Of a stretch of DNA of 64,000 nucleotides, positions 19,561-29,655 are shown piece after piece. This stretch comes from an uncultured Chthonomonadaceae bacterium (lineage in GTDB: Bacteria; Armatimonadota; Chthonomonadetes; Chthonomonadales; Chthonomonadaceae), in the NCBI GenBank assembly GCA_963835065.1, contig CAWIEK010000024.1, forward strand, positions 88,787 through 152,786, in the 5' to 3' direction. The stretch's first letter is position 1. Each line of letters starts with the position of its first letter. Below the pieces are notes generated by a model. That model made no database searches, was not told the origin of the DNA, and saw only the letters and a list, made by a program, of their open reading frames with translations. Made by a program: the position numbers and the translations under genes.

Positions 19561-19620
19561 TGCACCTAACACCCTCCATTGTAGCACTTGCCTAACGGCT
19601 TGTAAAGACCGGATATTGCT

Positions 19621-20184
19621 ATGCGCAACGCTGTGCCTGATTTTTCCGCCGTGTTTCCCGTTGTTTTGTGGGGTAAAACGCAGGCGACGTTTGTTCCTGT
19701 CGGCGGGCCGCTTCCTGTTGGGGAGATGGTGGCGGCATTGGTGTTTGCGCGGGAAGCGGGGCAATTTGCGCTTGCCGACATTGCGGGGCGCGGCTGGTGC
19801 ATCCCCGGCGGCAGGCTGGAAGCGGGCGAAACCGCAGAGCAGGCGGCGCGTCGGGAAGTGTGGGAAGAAATCGGCGCCACACTCGGTTCACTGCGTCTAA
19901 TCGGGCATTGCGTTCTGTTCGATACTGTTTCCGTCGCTTCCATTCCCGGCGCGGAAAGTCTAAACACGGCGGATAGTTCGGAGCTTGCTCCCGATGAAAA
20001 CACGCCTGCCCACCTGATTGCCATGTATAATGCGCAGGTGCTGGCGCGGGTGGAAATTCCTACGGGCAGCGAGTTGCAGGGCGTCCGGCTTGTGCGCTAT
20101 GAAGACCTTCCCGATTGCTACTTCACCTGGGATGCCTTAATGGAAGCCATGTTCCGCCATGCGCAAACCATGAATGATGAGTAG
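19621..20184 (+). CDS. NUDIX hydrolase
   Basis: Nudix box PGGRLEAGETAEQAARREVWEEIG. Confidence 0.85.
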   Translation: MRNAVPDFSAVFPVVLWGKTQATFVPVGGPLPVGEMVAALVFAREAGQFALADIAGRGWCIPGGRLEAGETAEQAARREVWEEIGATLGSLRLIGHCVLFDTVSVASIPGAESLNTADSSELAPDENTPAHLIAMYNAQVLARVEIPTGSELQGVRLVRYEDLPDCYFTWDALMEAMFRHAQTMNDE

Positions 20185-20210
20185 GGTCAATACCGTTCAA
20201 ATAAGAGTTC

Positions 20211-20282
20211 GTAGGGACACAACATTTGTTGGTGTCCTCTTTCTGGAAGGCAGCGGGCGGACACAACATGTTGTGTCCCTAC
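20211..20282. repeat. GTAG-type REP doublet
   Basis: gtagggacacaacatttgttggtgtcctc ... ggacacaacatgttgtgtccctac. Confidence 0.7.
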
Positions 20283-20358
20283 ACCGTTGTTTTTGAGGTA
20301 AGGATCGTCTTGTTTGGACGGTATTGTTCCTAAAACCCTAAAACCATAGGAGACAATT

Positions 20359-21387
20359 ATGGAGTTTCGACAATTGGGCGCGTCCGGCTTTCGGGTTCCG
20401 GTTCTCAGCTTCGGCACAGGGACATTCGGCGGGAAAGGCGATTTTTTCAAGGCGTGGGGCGGCAGCGATGTGGACGAGGCGACCCGGCTGGTGGACATCT
20501 GCCTGGAAGCGGGGCTGTCCATGTTCGACAGCGCGGATGTGTATTCGGGCGGGTTGGCCGAGGAGATTTTAGGCAAGGCGATTGCAGGGCGGCGCGACAA
20601 GGTGATTATTTCCACCAAAGCGACGTTTCGGAGCGGCGATGGCCCCAATGACGTAGGTTCCTCGCGCTACCATTTGATTCAGGCGTGTGAGGGCAGCCTG
20701 CGCCGCCTGGGAACCGACTATATTGACCTGTATCAACTGCACGGCTTCGATGCGCTGACGCCCGTTGAAGAAACTCTCAGCGCATTGGACGACCTGGTAC
20801 GCGCCGGCAAAATACGCTACATCGGCTGCTCCAACTTTTCCGGCTGGCACTTGATGAAATCCCTGGCTGTTTCGGAGAAGTACGGATTGTCGCGCTATGT
20901 GGCGCATCAGGCGTACTACTCGCTTATCGGGCGCGAGTACGAATGGGAACTGATGCCGCTTGGCGTGGATCAAAAAGTGGGCGCGGTGGTGTGGAGTCCG
21001 CTCGGATGGGGGCGGCTGACGGGCAAAATCCGCCGTGACGCGCCCCTGCCCGAAACCAGCCGCCTGCATGTCACAGCGGATGCCGGCCCGCCCGTTGCCG
21101 ACGAGTATCTGTACCGCGTGGTAGACGCTCTGGACGCCGTTGCCACCGAAACAGGCAAAACCGTGCCGCAAATCGCTCTCAACTGGCTGCTGCAGCGTCC
21201 TACCGTCGCCAACGTCATCATCGGGGCGCGTAACGAGGAACAACTGCGCCAAAATCTCGGCGCGGTGGGCTGGAACCTGACGCCCGAACAGGTTGCCCAA
21301 CTCGACGCGGCCAGCGCTGTCACCCGCACCTATCCCTACTGGCATCAGGCGGGCTTCAAGGAGCGCAATCCCTTCCCAACGCCCTGA
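20359..21387 (+). CDS. Aldo/keto reductase
   Basis: FDSADVYSGG, SLRRLGTDYIDLYQLH, GKIRYIGCSN, WSPLGWGRLTGK; AGGAGA RBS. Confidence 0.95.
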   Translation: MEFRQLGASGFRVPVLSFGTGTFGGKGDFFKAWGGSDVDEATRLVDICLEAGLSMFDSADVYSGGLAEEILGKAIAGRRDKVIISTKATFRSGDGPNDVGSSRYHLIQACEGSLRRLGTDYIDLYQLHGFDALTPVEETLSALDDLVRAGKIRYIGCSNFSGWHLMKSLAVSEKYGLSRYVAHQAYYSLIGREYEWELMPLGVDQKVGAVVWSPLGWGRLTGKIRRDAPLPETSRLHVTADAGPPVADEYLYRVVDALDAVATETGKTVPQIALNWLLQRPTVANVIIGARNEEQLRQNLGAVGWNLTPEQVAQLDAASAVTRTYPYWHQAGFKERNPFPTP

Positions 21388-21528
21388 CGCAAATCGCAAT
21401 AAAATTCAATTCAGGAGAAAAACACATCTTCAAGCATTCTTAGCAGGATTCGGGCGGCAGGAAGCGTAACATCCGTTTATCCATTTATCAACAGCAGTTA
21501 CGAAGGAAGCCAGTGAAAGGTAAACACA

Positions 21529-23322
21529 ATGTCTGAAACGCCCGCCCGCATTGCCCTGCCCGGCAGCGAACGACACCCCATACCCGGCGCGCGCATCACT
21601 GGCGCGACCCCGCCCGCAGAACAATTGACTGTGACCGTTTACGTTCGGCCCAACCCGAACGCGCCCGCTTTGCCTTCCCCGGAAGCCATCGGCGCGCAAC
21701 TGCCGCAGGAGCGCCACTACCTCAGCGACGCGGAGTTTGCCCAAGCCTACGGGGCTGACCCCGCCGACCTGGAAAAAGTCGCGGCGTTTGCGCAGGAATA
21801 CGGGCTGACCGTCGAAGAAAGCAGTGAGGAAAAGCGCAGCGTTCGCTTGTCCGGCACGGTGGAAGCCATGCAGCGCGCGTTCGCCGTGGAACTGCACACC
21901 TATCAGGCGACGGAAGAAACCTATCGGGGCCGCATCGGGTCGGTGCTTATTCCCGCCGAACTCGAAGGCATCGTGCAGGCTGTTTTCGGTTTGGACAACC
22001 GCCGCGTGGGAAAATCACGGCTGAAAAGGGCAAAAAACGCCCTGCCTCCCGCTCACGCCGTGACCGACAATCGCTATTTCCCCTACCAGGCGGCTCAATT
22101 GTACAACTTTCCGGCCAACACGGACGGACAGGGCCAGACGGTCGGCATTTTCGCTTTCAACGACACGTCCGTAGGCGGGTACAGCCTTACCGCGCTGAAT
22201 ACCTACTTCAGCACGTATGCCCATGTGCCCACGCCTTCGATTACGGATGTCGTGGTGCATGGCAAGGGCAATACACCCGGCCCGGATGATCCCAATCAAG
22301 ACCCCTACGACAGTACGGGGGAGATCATGCTGGATATTCAAATGGTCGGCTCCGTCGCGCCCAAAGCCAAAATCGTCATGTACTTCACGGCGTTTACGGA
22401 GCAGGGCTGGGTGGACGCCATTCATGCCGCTATCACGGATACGAAGAACAACCCCAAAGTAATTTCCATCAGCTACGGCAACCCGGAAGATGATCCGCGC
22501 GGCGCGTGGACGCAAGCCGCGATTACACAGGTAGACATGGCCTTCAGCGCGGCTGCCGCCAAAGGCATCACTATCTGCTGCGCGTCGGGTGACGATGGTT
22601 CGCGCGACCAGGCCAGCGATACCCACGCCCATACCGATTACCCCGCGTCCAGCGCGTATGTGCTGGGCTGCGGCGGCACGCGAGTCAACTCGACGAACAA
22701 TGTGATTACCAGCGAAGTTGTCTGGAACGACGGGGCGGGCTACCGAAGCGGCGGCGGCGTCAGTAACCTGTTTCCCGTACCCGCGTGGCAGCAGTCCGCA
22801 GGCATCCCGCCGTCCGCCAATCCCGGCCACAAGCGCGGGCGCGGCGTACCCGACGTGAGCGCCCTGGCGCGGAACGTGGTCATCATCCATGTGTCGGGGC
22901 AAACGCTGGATACGGTGGATGGAACCAGCGCGTCCGCTCCCCTGTGGGCCGGCCTGATGGCGCGTCTCAACCAGAAGGTGGGAACTCCTGTCGGCTTTTT
23001 CAATCCCCTGCTGTATACGCGCTTTGCGAAGGGCGTTCTGCGCGACATTACCAGCGGCAACAACGGCGCGTATAAAGCGGGGCCGGGTTGGGACGCCTGC
23101 ACGGGCCTGGGCAGCCCGGATGGAACCAAGCTGGCGCAGGCATTGACCAGCCAACCCGTCACGCCCCACGCGCCGCCGCCTGCAACAAGCAACGACGGAA
23201 CACAGCCTGCGGACACAACGGCTTTGCTTCAGGCGCAATTGGAGCAGGAACGCGCCGAGCGCCGCCTGCTGCTTGAAACCTTCGCGGCTACGGTACGTCT
23301 GCTGGATAAGCAGGCATCTTGA
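21529..23322 (+). CDS. S53 (sedolisin/kumamolisin) peptidase with propeptide
   Basis: Prodomain ending GLDNR; GEIMLD (Glu/Asp), ASGDDG (oxyanion Asp), DGTSASAP (Ser), GWDACTGLGSP. Confidence 0.92.
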   Translation: MSETPARIALPGSERHPIPGARITGATPPAEQLTVTVYVRPNPNAPALPSPEAIGAQLPQERHYLSDAEFAQAYGADPADLEKVAAFAQEYGLTVEESSEEKRSVRLSGTVEAMQRAFAVELHTYQATEETYRGRIGSVLIPAELEGIVQAVFGLDNRRVGKSRLKRAKNALPPAHAVTDNRYFPYQAAQLYNFPANTDGQGQTVGIFAFNDTSVGGYSLTALNTYFSTYAHVPTPSITDVVVHGKGNTPGPDDPNQDPYDSTGEIMLDIQMVGSVAPKAKIVMYFTAFTEQGWVDAIHAAITDTKNNPKVISISYGNPEDDPRGAWTQAAITQVDMAFSAAAAKGITICCASGDDGSRDQASDTHAHTDYPASSAYVLGCGGTRVNSTNNVITSEVVWNDGAGYRSGGGVSNLFPVPAWQQSAGIPPSANPGHKRGRGVPDVSALARNVVIIHVSGQTLDTVDGTSASAPLWAGLMARLNQKVGTPVGFFNPLLYTRFAKGVLRDITSGNNGAYKAGPGWDACTGLGSPDGTKLAQALTSQPVTPHAPPPATSNDGTQPADTTALLQAQLEQERAERRLLLETFAATVRLLDKQAS

Positions 23323-23371
23323 CAATCGGTTCCTGCCCGCGCCGGATATGGCAGCACATCGCAGCAACGGC

Positions 23372-23395
23372 TGCCGGGGATTTTCAATCCCCGGC
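23372..23395. repeat. REP-like palindrome CCGGGGATTTTCAATCCCCGG
   Basis: The same palindrome occurs at ~36668, ~38008, ~53746, ~57908 and ~57997. Confidence 0.75.
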
Positions 23396-23417
23396 GCATG
23401 GGAGGTCAATAAAATTA

Positions 23418-25043
23418 ATGAACAGCAATCAACACAATGTTCTAGGCGCAATGCCCGCGCCTAATCCCTGTTCGCCTCCCGGCGTGACCGACAAGCGGGC
23501 GCTTGCCAGTTTTGAGGTCCGATTTACGACAGCGACCGAGGAAGCGCTTGTTCCGATTCCACCCCATACGACGAACGGCGATGAAGCGTTATATAAAGAC
23601 AAGTGCGCCACCTACACCAAAGGCATCAAGCAGGATAGTCCCGGCGTGGTAAATCCTGCGGCCTTCAAGACGTTCCGGGATGCGCTCAACAGCGGCAATC
23701 CCGCCGACTTTGAGAAGATTATTGTCGGCGGTACGCAAACGCTGAACGGCCCGCAGGGAGCGTATGCCTTTACATTAGTGGGCACGGATTCGCAGCAGTT
23801 CGGCAATGCCCCGGCAGCCGAGCCGATTGTGCCCCCTCCGCCCGCGCTGGCAAGCCCCGCTTACGGAACGGAACTGACGGAACTGTACTGGTGTTCGCTG
23901 CTCCGCGATGTCGCGTTCACGGATTATGCCGGCAATCCGATAGCGGCAGAAGCGGCGGCGGAACTCTCGGCCATGCCGACGTATGCGGGTCCCAAAGATG
24001 TTCACGGCAAAGTGACGCCGAATCTGCTGTTTCGCGGCGCATTTCCCGGCGAAACCTCCGGGCCGTACATCTCGCAACTGCTGATCACGCCCACAACGCT
24101 GGGCGCGCAGAAAATCAGCCAGCAGGTGACGACGTATCTGCCCGGTATTGACTACATGACGGATCTGCTGACCTGGGAGGCTGTCCAGAACGGCATCGTA
24201 ACGGGACTGGCGGATCAGCCCGATCCCATTCCGCGTTATCTGCATGACGGACGCGGCCTGGCGGCCTACACGCATGTAGACGAACTGTTCCAGGCGTACT
24301 TTACGGCCTATCTCGCGCTGAAAACGCTGGGCGCGAAACCCAATCCAGGCAATCCGTACCTCGGCTCGAAGACGCAAAACGGCTTCGGCACGTTCGGCGG
24401 ACCGGACATCGCTTCCACGCTTTCCGAAGTCGCCAAGATCGCCCTCAACGCCGTCTGGTATCAGAAGTGGCTGGTGCATCTGCGGCATCGCCCCGAATCC
24501 GGCGGCGGCATCGCGGAACTGACTCGGCTGAATGGCGGCAAAAGCCCGCTCGACGGAGCCTTGAACCACAATGTTTTGAACTCGCAGGCGGTGCAAAAGA
24601 GCTTCAGCAAGTATGGAACCTACCTGCTTTCGCAGCCGTTTCCCGAAGGCTCGCCCTACCATCCCGCGTATCCGACGGGGCACGGCACGGTGGGCGGAGC
24701 CTGCATCACCATTCTAAAATTCTTCTTCGACGGGAATTTTGTGATTCCCAATCCGAAGGTTCCTTCCAGCGATGGCCTAACGCTCGTGCCCTACGGCTAT
24801 ACCGGCAGCGATACCGAGTTGCTGACAGTCAACAGCGAACTGAACAAGATCGCGCATAACATCACGTTCGGGCACGGACTGCACGGCGGTATCCACTGGC
24901 GCAGCGACAGCGATTATTCCATGAAGTTGGGTGAAGCCGTCGCCATCAGTTTCCTGCAGGACAAAGCGAAAACGTACAACGAAAAGTTCGCCATCACGTT
25001 CACCAAACTTGACGGCCAGCCTCAAACCATCAAGAACGACTAA
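23418..25043 (+). CDS. Vanadium-dependent haloperoxidase family protein (PAP2 superfamily) with atypical active site
   Basis: ELYWCSLLRDV, YTHVDELFQAY, QKWLVHLRHRPE, FPEGSPYHPAYPTGH, ELNKIAHN...GIHWRSD, LGEAVAI. Confidence 0.85.
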   Translation: MNSNQHNVLGAMPAPNPCSPPGVTDKRALASFEVRFTTATEEALVPIPPHTTNGDEALYKDKCATYTKGIKQDSPGVVNPAAFKTFRDALNSGNPADFEKIIVGGTQTLNGPQGAYAFTLVGTDSQQFGNAPAAEPIVPPPPALASPAYGTELTELYWCSLLRDVAFTDYAGNPIAAEAAAELSAMPTYAGPKDVHGKVTPNLLFRGAFPGETSGPYISQLLITPTTLGAQKISQQVTTYLPGIDYMTDLLTWEAVQNGIVTGLADQPDPIPRYLHDGRGLAAYTHVDELFQAYFTAYLALKTLGAKPNPGNPYLGSKTQNGFGTFGGPDIASTLSEVAKIALNAVWYQKWLVHLRHRPESGGGIAELTRLNGGKSPLDGALNHNVLNSQAVQKSFSKYGTYLLSQPFPEGSPYHPAYPTGHGTVGGACITILKFFFDGNFVIPNPKVPSSDGLTLVPYGYTGSDTELLTVNSELNKIAHNITFGHGLHGGIHWRSDSDYSMKLGEAVAISFLQDKAKTYNEKFAITFTKLDGQPQTIKND

Positions 25044-25069
25044 ATCTGTGATTGTGGCAGCGAAACATT

Positions 25070-25705
25070 ATGAACGATCCCCTGACGCTTGTAATTACAG
25101 ATACGCCCGGAGACATCTACGCCTCCCTCATGTCCGTTCGGCAGGAGAGTTACTTTCCGTCCGCCTACGACGAGCGTTACTGGGGCGGCGGCATCCACAA
25201 ACTTCTGAGCGCAGAGGAGATACGCCGGATGCATGCCGAGGACGCAGGTTCCATGTTTGCCCTGGCTTTCACCCCGGACAATCAGCTGCAGGCTTATTCT
25301 CGTTTTACAGTGGGAACGAAACTTGAGGAGGTCGCGCCCCGTCATGTAGCCTGTGAACAGGAAGGGGAAGTAACGTTCATTCATATTATAGCGGCGCGAT
25401 CCCAAATTCGGGGACAAGCGCTTACATGGCAGGTGAACGGACAGGCAAGGCAGGGGAAAGTCGGGCGGGTCCTATACGACGAAATTTGTAATTTCAGCAT
25501 TGAGCGCGGCATGAAGATGGCTGTCGCGGAAGTTTGTGTTTATCCCGTTCCCAACATCCCCTCCCTGCTCTTACACCGCAATGCCGGGTTTGTTGCTCTC
25601 GGAAAAGGCGAGGATGTTCAAATTCGCGCCAGCCGCCATGACAGTGGAGAGACGATAGCCTTTAGCCGCTTCGCCAAACCGCTTTTCGATCCTTGTGAAT
25701 TGTGA
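25070..25705 (+). CDS. GNAT-family acetyltransferase-like protein
   Basis: FIHIIAA...GKVGRVLY, AEVCVYPVPNIPSLLLHRNAGF (GNAT C-terminal N..S..H...GF pattern). Confidence 0.6.
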   Translation: MNDPLTLVITDTPGDIYASLMSVRQESYFPSAYDERYWGGGIHKLLSAEEIRRMHAEDAGSMFALAFTPDNQLQAYSRFTVGTKLEEVAPRHVACEQEGEVTFIHIIAARSQIRGQALTWQVNGQARQGKVGRVLYDEICNFSIERGMKMAVAEVCVYPVPNIPSLLLHRNAGFVALGKGEDVQIRASRHDSGETIAFSRFAKPLFDPCEL

Positions 25706-25825
25706 GGTCAACCAAATAAATAACTCAATTCTGTACCGCGCCAACTTACAGATTGAGGAGAAGGACTGCATGAGAAGCACCACATAAAGATTACAACGAC
25801 ATCGCGCTGAACAGGGTCAGAAAAA

Positions 25826-26803
25826 ATGGATAACAAGCAGGAACAGCCCGTACAACAACAGCCTATACAAAACATCCCGCCACTAACCCCAACCGGGCAA
25901 ACACCGGCAAGTGTCTTAAACATAAAGGCCGTAAAATCGGGTGACTTTGTAATGCAGGCTCTTACTCAATTAGGCACGTTCTCTGTTGGCGCGTCGCTGA
26001 TAGGGCTGATAGCCAAAGCGCTTGGAGCCGCCGATGAACAGGTCGCCGGTATATCCATCTACATAATAACCGCGCTCTACATAGTGAGATACCGGGCAAC
26101 GCTCCAGAAGATTGTCCGAGTCTACAGCCTGCTGATTTGCATCATGTCTGTGTGCCTGCTCCTGTTCCTGTTCAAGAACCAGGTAAGTTCGACATTCCTG
26201 GATTCTACGCTCACCCGAACAACCGGAATCATCAAGATTACGCCGAAGGCGAATGACTTTTTGCCAAGTCTTTCCACGTACATCTCGGAGGCAAAACAGG
26301 AGGTCTGGTTCACCGGTATCAGTTTCTACGTAACCCTGCCCCAACATCGAGATACGCTGATGAAAAAACTGGAAGAAGGAGTAGATGTCAGGTTCCTCAT
26401 TTACGATCCATTGAGTAAAAATCTACATGATGTGGCAAGCGGGTTTTCGCAGTCGGATGAAGCCCTGCGAAACGAATGTGACCTGACCATCCAAAACCTG
26501 CAGGAAATGTTGGCCGACGCAAAGCAGCGTAATTTGCCCGGCAGGCTCGAAATAAAGCTGTTTTCGAGTGTGCCGCGTACGCGCATGTACGTGTTTGACC
26601 GCAAGATGGAGACAGGCACAACTTACTTTATCCCGCATGTCGATCAGCAGAATACTCCGAACCTGCCTGGTTTCCTCGTCAAAAACATCAAGACCGGAAT
26701 CACGCAGCCGTACTTTGAAGGAATTGAGCGGCTATGGAACACGGCGCAACTCTACGAAACCTGGCTGGCTTTGCACCCGGAACGGCAAAAGCATCCTCAG
26801 TAA
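25826..26803 (+). CDS. Membrane protein with C-terminal PLD-like (DUF5919-like) domain
   Basis: Three hydrophobic segments, then AKQEVWFTGISF, GVDVRFLIYDP, FEGIERLWNTA; no HKD motif. Confidence 0.6.
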   Translation: MDNKQEQPVQQQPIQNIPPLTPTGQTPASVLNIKAVKSGDFVMQALTQLGTFSVGASLIGLIAKALGAADEQVAGISIYIITALYIVRYRATLQKIVRVYSLLICIMSVCLLLFLFKNQVSSTFLDSTLTRTTGIIKITPKANDFLPSLSTYISEAKQEVWFTGISFYVTLPQHRDTLMKKLEEGVDVRFLIYDPLSKNLHDVASGFSQSDEALRNECDLTIQNLQEMLADAKQRNLPGRLEIKLFSSVPRTRMYVFDRKMETGTTYFIPHVDQQNTPNLPGFLVKNIKTGITQPYFEGIERLWNTAQLYETWLALHPERQKHPQ

Positions 26804-27075
26804 TAAAGAAGATATTCCGCCAACGCCGGTAAAAATCAGGTATACTGCATTGTAATCAAAAATACTTAGTTGTATGTAGGCTTCGCCCTTACAAATACGC
26901 CGGAGGATATGAACCCTCTATCTCGCGCATTTTGCAATTGCGCTATCGAGATAGAGGGGTTTTTGTTTTTGAAGCCTGTTCGGAAATTCTTTTCAGTAGG
27001 AAGTAAGGGTTCGTCAGTCCGACCCATTCAACGTAACGCGCTTATAGGTCTTTGCATTGTATCCGTATAACTTTT

Positions 27076-28626
27076 ATGGACGAGACATTCCTCCATCGTA
27101 TCGAACAGTTGATTTCGGCACGGGCGGGGCTGCAGTTGCGGCCACGTGAGCGTGAGGCATTGCGCGGCACTCTTGCCGCGCGCATGGCTGCCCTGCATCT
27201 GCGTCATGCCGAAGAGTACCACCAACTGCTGCAAGCCGGCACTCCTGACGCCGAAAGCGAATGGGAGCATCTCCTGGCGCGCGTGACCAACAAGGAAAGC
27301 TACTTCTTTCGTGATAAAGGGCAAATGGCGCTGCTGCGCGAGCGCCTTCTGCCGGAACTGATTGCGCGTAACCAGGCGACGCGAACCCTGCGCCTGTGGA
27401 GCGCGGGCTGTTCGACCGGCGAGGAACCGTATTCGCTGGCGATGCTGGTGAACGAACTGCTGCCGCAGCGCCAAACCGCTTCCGGGGCAGGCTGGGAAAT
27501 CGTTATCCTGGGAACCGACATTGACGGGCCGGCTCTGGAGCAGGCGAAGCGGGGGATTTATGGTTCCTGGTCTTTCCGCGTGATGGAGCCGGGATTGCAG
27601 CAGCGCAGCTTTCAGCGCCGGGAGGACGGCTGGCAAGTGGCGGAAGCAAGCCGCTCCTTAGTCACCTTTGGCCGGTGCAATCTCGTCGCCGACCCGTTTC
27701 CAGGCGCGGCAACGGGCATCCACGACATGGACTTGATACTCTGCCGCAACGTGTTTATTTACTTTGAGCGCGAAGCCGTATCCGCCGTTTTGCGCAAGTT
27801 CGGGCAAACCCTGCGCGACGGCGGCTACCTGATGACAGGCCATTCCGAAACCTACGGGCGGCTGATGGAACCGCTGCAGGCGCGAATGTTTCCCGGCTCG
27901 GTGGTTTATCAGCGCGCGGACAAGGCTTCCATTGGCGTGGAAACAGCCCCCAATAGCGTGGGGCGGGAAACGGGAACGGGGGCCGAACACGCTTCCATCC
28001 GCAGCCCGCTTCCCGCGCCGACGCATACGAATGAGGCTGCCCCTACCCGCCCGCTCGTTTCGCCTTTGCCTGTATCGCCTGTTGTACAACAGGTTGAAAC
28101 AGCAGTTTCGCGGCAGCCCGTCTTACTACCCGCTGCGCAGCCGGAACGCGCGTTTACGAAATCTGCAACCGATTCCGTTTCCAGCGCGGCGGCGCGGATG
28201 GGAACGCAGACGCAGGAGGAGCCTGCCGGGGAAAGGGCGCTTTTGCTCCGGGCGGTTGCCCATGCCAATCTGGGCCAATACGAGGACGCGACCGGCTGCT
28301 GCCGCCGTCTAATAAAGGAACATCCGCTTGCTCCCGAACCTTACGAAGTGCTGGCCTCCATTGCCCAGGAACAGGGCAATGATGAGGAAGCCAAAGCGCT
28401 GTTGAAAAAGGCGCTTTACCTGGCTCCCGCGTCGCCCTCCGCGTATCTGGAACTGGGCGCGCTTTACCGCAGCGAGGGCGATGAGGCGCGGGCGCGAAAG
28501 ATGTATGTCACCGCGCTGGAATTGCTGCTGCCGCTGCCCCCGGACGCCGCAATAGGCGCATTTGGCGGGCCGAACGCCCAGGAATGGATACTGCACTTGA
28601 AACAACTGCCGGCGGAAGGAGAATGA
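27076..28626 (+). CDS. cheR: Chemotaxis methyltransferase CheR with C-terminal TPRs
   Basis: TNKESYFFRD, WSAGCSTGEEPYS, GTDID, DLILCRNVFIYF, GHSE; TPRs (LKKALYLAP). Confidence 0.93.
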   Translation: MDETFLHRIEQLISARAGLQLRPREREALRGTLAARMAALHLRHAEEYHQLLQAGTPDAESEWEHLLARVTNKESYFFRDKGQMALLRERLLPELIARNQATRTLRLWSAGCSTGEEPYSLAMLVNELLPQRQTASGAGWEIVILGTDIDGPALEQAKRGIYGSWSFRVMEPGLQQRSFQRREDGWQVAEASRSLVTFGRCNLVADPFPGAATGIHDMDLILCRNVFIYFEREAVSAVLRKFGQTLRDGGYLMTGHSETYGRLMEPLQARMFPGSVVYQRADKASIGVETAPNSVGRETGTGAEHASIRSPLPAPTHTNEAAPTRPLVSPLPVSPVVQQVETAVSRQPVLLPAAQPERAFTKSATDSVSSAAARMGTQTQEEPAGERALLLRAVAHANLGQYEDATGCCRRLIKEHPLAPEPYEVLASIAQEQGNDEEAKALLKKALYLAPASPSAYLELGALYRSEGDEARARKMYVTALELLLPLPPDAAIGAFGGPNAQEWILHLKQLPAEGE

Positions 28627-29655
28627 CACGGAAACAACGCCGTTTCTGATTTTCAGGCTGCGCGACTCGCGCTACGCGGTGGAAGCGTCGGCGGTGTGCG
28701 AGATCGTACTCCTGCCCGAAATCCTGCCGATGGAGGAGACGCCGGGCTATATCGTCGGCGTCGTCAACCTGCGCGGGCAAATCGTGCCCATCATGGACTT
28801 GAACTTGCGCTTCGGACACCCGCCGCAGCGCCGCAGCCTGGAAGATTGCATTGTGGTTTTGGAATGGGCGGGAAGCGCCATCGGCATGATTGTCAACGAG
28901 GTGCAAACTGCGCATGACATCGCGCCGGACGAGAGGATGCCGGTTCCCTCCTACGGGCTGGAGGCGCAATCCGATGCCCGGTTCCTGGCGGGATTGGCAA
29001 AGTGGGGCGAACAGGTCGTGATGCTGCTCCATCTGGATAACCTGCTGCGCCTGCCGCCGAACCGGGAAGAAGGGCAGCGGCGTGGAGGGAAACATGCCGC
29101 CCGTCCTGCCGTCCGCTTTCTGCCCGGACGCCACGCCGCAGGAACAGGCCGTGTTCCGGGAGCGCGCCCGCAGCCTGGCGCAGGCACTGGAAAGCCAGGA
29201 GCAGGACGAAATGCCGCCCCTCGCGGTGGTGCGTCTGGGCGAGGAGTTGTTCGGCATCGACTTGCAGGCGATTCGGGAATTCGCCGAACTGCGCAGCGTG
29301 ACGCCGGTTCCCTGCTGCCCCGCGCATATCGTCGGCCAGATGAACCTGCGCGGCGATCTCATTACCCTGCTGGATATTGCCGGAGCGCTCGGCCTGCCGC
29401 CGACGCCGGGGAAGGCAAACCGCAAAGTCGTCGTGGTGAACAGCGCCGAATTGGGCGCGGGCGTCCTTGTGGACGAGGTACTCGACGTGCTTTCCCTGCG
29501 CGCTGCGGACGTATCACCGGCTCCCGCTTCTGCCCGCGCGCCCGGCCAGGAATATCTGCGGGGCGCGACGCCGTACGGCGACGCAGATGCTGAGCCTGCT
29601 CGATTTGCCCGCGCTGCTGAGGCAGGAAAGTCTGATTGTGAACGAAAACCCATGA
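28623..29655 (+). CDS. cheW: Tandem CheW-CheW protein, about 3 frameshifts
   Basis: PFLIFRL...GVVNLRGQIVPIMDL and ...GQMNLRGDLITLLD in different frames; ends [25 protein letters not shown] overlaps the cheR stop. Confidence 0.8.
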
